Virus record (IMG/VR): IMGVR_UViG_3300037511_000105
Coordinates: 1 to 25,426 of that record
Reading direction: 5' to 3' (one strand)
Length of the DNA: 25,426 bases
Origin: a virus
Lineage: Duplodnaviria > Caudoviricetes
Below the pieces are notes generated by a model that did no database searches, was not told the origin of the DNA, and worked only from the letters and a program-made list of their open reading frames with translations. This document shows, piece by piece, positions 22,936-25,426 of the stretch. Made by a program: the position numbers and the translations under genes. Position 1 is the first letter of the stretch; each line of letters starts with the position of its first letter.

Positions 22936-25421
22936 AGAAGATCGCGCTAGTCGACTACGGCGACACCCGCATCTCCAACAAGGCGTTGGAGATCGTGGAG
23001 GCCGTATTCGAAGAAACAGGCTGGACCGACGAAGTCCTCTATTACCACCTGGACAAGCGGACTCAGCTCCTGGAGCTGAAGGGCCATGACCTCATCGTCT
23101 CGATGGGTGCTGAGGCCCTGGAACCGCTGTGCAACACGTCCAGGCCGCTCAAGAAGTACGCCGGATCGCTGACGTACAACCCAGGTCTACGGACCTGGGT
23201 TCTGCCGACTCAGCACCCCAACTGCATCTACCAGGGGAAGTACAACCTCTTCGATGATATTTACGATCACCTTCGACGTGCCGTTTCCCTCTGCCGAGGC
23301 ACCCTTTCGTTTCCACCTGTCGGTGGACACAAGCTCGATTGGGAAATGGTCGGACATAACGGCAGGCGCGGCACGTATCCAGGTGACGCAAAAGTCTTCG
23401 ACGGATACTTTGACGCTACTCGTGACGAAGTTGACCGACAGGCTGAAGTCCTGGGGGACTGGCTCACCCGGCTAGACAGCGGTGAGAAGTGCACGTTCGG
23501 GGCTGACACCGAGTCCTTCACGACCGACCACTTCCGCCCGCTTACCATGATCCAGATCTACGACCCGGGTATGCGTAAGGCGTTTGCCTTCAACTGGGGC
23601 GTCATCGAGTGGGCCAAGGATCTGTGGGTACGCTTCTTCCAGCACCCCAATGCCACGTTCATCTGGCACAACATCAAGCACGACGCCAAGATGATCTACC
23701 ACTGGCTAGGGTTCTGGCCGCTTGGTGAGAACCACGACGACACCCTTGCCTGGGCCCTGGGCCTCACGGAGAAGGGCAACCAGACGGGCTTGAAGTACCT
23801 GTCCCGGCAGTACTGCGGAGCCCCGTACTACGAAGAAGGCCTGGATGAGTGGCTGGATAAAAGCGACATCAACTACGGACACATCCGGCCGGATGTACTC
23901 GCTGAGTATGGGTGCCTGGACGTTTTCTATACGTACCAACTCAGCGGTGTGCTACCTCAGTTGGTGGACGCAGAAGGGACGACGTCCCTTGTTCGCAACA
24001 TACTACTTCCGGCGCAGCGAACCTTCGCCCAAGTAGAGTACGCCGGGATCCGGATCGACCAGGAGTACGCGCAGAGCCTCGCGGCCGACTGGACCCCGCT
24101 CATCAACGAGGCAATCCAACAGGTCCAGGAGTACGCCAAGGAGGTCGGCTTCCCCGCCGACCCCGAGATGACGGCTGGTCAGATCGAACGCCGGATCTGC
24201 CCCTGTGTACCGGTCAGCCTGTGGGGCGAGCTGTCTGGTCTCTCGGTGGCCGGGTACCGCAAGTACCTCCGTGAGACGCACGGCCTGGATGACGCCTGTA
24301 CGAAGTGCAACAAGCGCCGCTACCTCCGCGTCGTGGACAACACCCTGAACGTCCACTCCACCAAGCAGATGCACCACCTGTGCTTCGACATGCTGGGTAT
24401 GGAGCAGACCTGGGAGGGGCGGAAGACCAACAAGTACTTCTGGGAGATCAACCAGAACCATGAGTTCGCGCAGTTGGTTAAGAGCTACCGCGAGTTGGAT
24501 TACCTTAACCGTAATATCGTGCAAGGTTTTGGCCGCTTTGTCCGAGAGGACGGACGGGTTCACCCGTCCATTGCACTCTGGGGAACCGTCACCGGCCGAC
24601 TCGCTGTCCGAGACCCCGCCATGCAGACGGTGCCCAAGCACTCCGCCAACGCCAAGCACATCCGCCGGATGTTCCTGCCCGATCCTGGTGATCTTGTAGT
24701 CGACATCGACTACTCCAACCTTGAGATGTACATGGCTGCACACCTGACTGGGGATCAAAACCTGGTCAAGGCCCTGGACCAGGACATCCACCGTACGACC
24801 GCAGCAGCGATGTACATGAAGGCGTACGAGGAAGTCCTGGCCGAGGAGCGGCAGTCGGCCAAGCCGGTCAACTTCGGTGCGGGCTACAACATCAAGGCCA
24901 AGAAGCTGTCCAGGGACAAGAACCTCGTCAAGATCACCGAGGGTGAGGCCAGCAAGGCGCAGGAGTTCCTGGACGCCTTCTGGAACGAGTACTGGCAGTG
25001 GGACATCGCCCGCAAGGAGTGGATCGAAGAGGCCACGCAGAACTGTGAGTTGAGGACCGAGCTGGGGCGTAAGCGCCGCTGGTCCTTGATCACCAAGGAC
25101 AACCTGTGGAAGGTGGAGAACCAGGCCTGCAACTTCAAGGGCCAGTCCCTCGCCTCGGACCTGTGTCTGACGTCACTCATTGCCCTACATTCCCTGCTGA
25201 CTGCCAAGGAATGGGGGCGAGTTATGATCTCGGTCCACGACTCGATCGTCTTCTCAATCCACCCGGAGAACATCCACGAAGCCATCCCCTTCATCAAGAA
25301 GATCATGACCACGCCGATGTTCGAGACCGATATTCAGTTCAAGGTAGACGTCACCGTGGGGCCCAACTACGGGGACCAGGAATCCTACGACCCGGAGAAG
25401 GACTACGTGAAGGCGGCATGA
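22923..25421 (+). CDS. polA: family A DNA polymerase with 3'-5' exonuclease and a degenerate N-terminal UDG-like domain
   Basis: Exo I ADTE, Exo II HNIKHD, Exo III YGCLD; TVTGRL; motif A DIDYSNLE; motif B RQSAKPVNFG..Y; motif C VHDS. Confidence 0.95.
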   Translation: MPVVKKIALVDYGDTRISNKALEIVEAVFEETGWTDEVLYYHLDKRTQLLELKGHDLIVSMGAEALEPLCNTSRPLKKYAGSLTYNPGLRTWVLPTQHPNCIYQGKYNLFDDIYDHLRRAVSLCRGTLSFPPVGGHKLDWEMVGHNGRRGTYPGDAKVFDGYFDATRDEVDRQAEVLGDWLTRLDSGEKCTFGADTESFTTDHFRPLTMIQIYDPGMRKAFAFNWGVIEWAKDLWVRFFQHPNATFIWHNIKHDAKMIYHWLGFWPLGENHDDTLAWALGLTEKGNQTGLKYLSRQYCGAPYYEEGLDEWLDKSDINYGHIRPDVLAEYGCLDVFYTYQLSGVLPQLVDAEGTTSLVRNILLPAQRTFAQVEYAGIRIDQEYAQSLAADWTPLINEAIQQVQEYAKEVGFPADPEMTAGQIERRICPCVPVSLWGELSGLSVAGYRKYLRETHGLDDACTKCNKRRYLRVVDNTLNVHSTKQMHHLCFDMLGMEQTWEGRKTNKYFWEINQNHEFAQLVKSYRELDYLNRNIVQGFGRFVREDGRVHPSIALWGTVTGRLAVRDPAMQTVPKHSANAKHIRRMFLPDPGDLVVDIDYSNLEMYMAAHLTGDQNLVKALDQDIHRTTAAAMYMKAYEEVLAEERQSAKPVNFGAGYNIKAKKLSRDKNLVKITEGEASKAQEFLDAFWNEYWQWDIARKEWIEEATQNCELRTELGRKRRWSLITKDNLWKVENQACNFKGQSLASDLCLTSLIALHSLLTAKEWGRVMISVHDSIVFSIHPENIHEAIPFIKKIMTTPMFETDIQFKVDVTVGPNYGDQESYDPEKDYVKAA

Positions 25422-25426
25422 CCGTA

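Noticed and set aside
61-25312. Many long minus-strand and alternate-frame ORFs (e.g. 61-1212, 143-1456, 7623-8351, 24003-24791)
   Set aside because: Shadow ORFs expected from high GC3 on the + strand; they overlap motif-bearing + genes and show no recognisable domains.
22923-25421. Intein or intron in the polymerase (also checked in the helicase)
   Set aside because: Continuous frames of normal length with no intein splice-junction or LAGLIDADG motifs seen.

Overview
A GC-rich actinobacteriophage segment (host plausibly Streptomyces or a relative, inferred from WhiB, Pup, DUF1876 and lipoprotein content). Essentially all credible genes are on the + strand and are tightly coupled by ATGA/GTGA/TGATG overlaps. 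The left part (1-13.2 kb) is an accessory region. It holds the end of a RepA/AAA_25-type helicase, a tandem array of five paralogous ~120-150 aa genes (W..ALRS / CCLGV / ND motifs), a permuted NlpC/P60 hydrolase, a stand-alone mini-WYL protein, many small ORFs, two WhiB-family regulators, five CTTGAC-type promoters and a highly structured intergenic RNA candidate. It also holds a 57-aa, apparently leaderless ORF with a complete C4HC3 PHD-finger pattern that is missing from the supplied ORF track. The right part (13.2-25.4 kb) is a replication, recombination and nucleotide-metabolism module: SNF2 helicase, HNH, dCMP deaminase, Cas4/RecB-like exonuclease, Sak4-like ATPase, DUF1876, SSB, RuvC-like resolvase, PD-(D/E)XK nuclease, SprT-like protease, ThyX, a DUF5664-like nucleotide hydrolase and a family A DNA polymerase. 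The most striking items are a phage-encoded prokaryotic ubiquitin-like protein (Pup, ending GGQ) inside the replication operon, the PHD-finger microprotein and the five-gene paralog array. All family calls come from motif recognition by eye; no searches were run.
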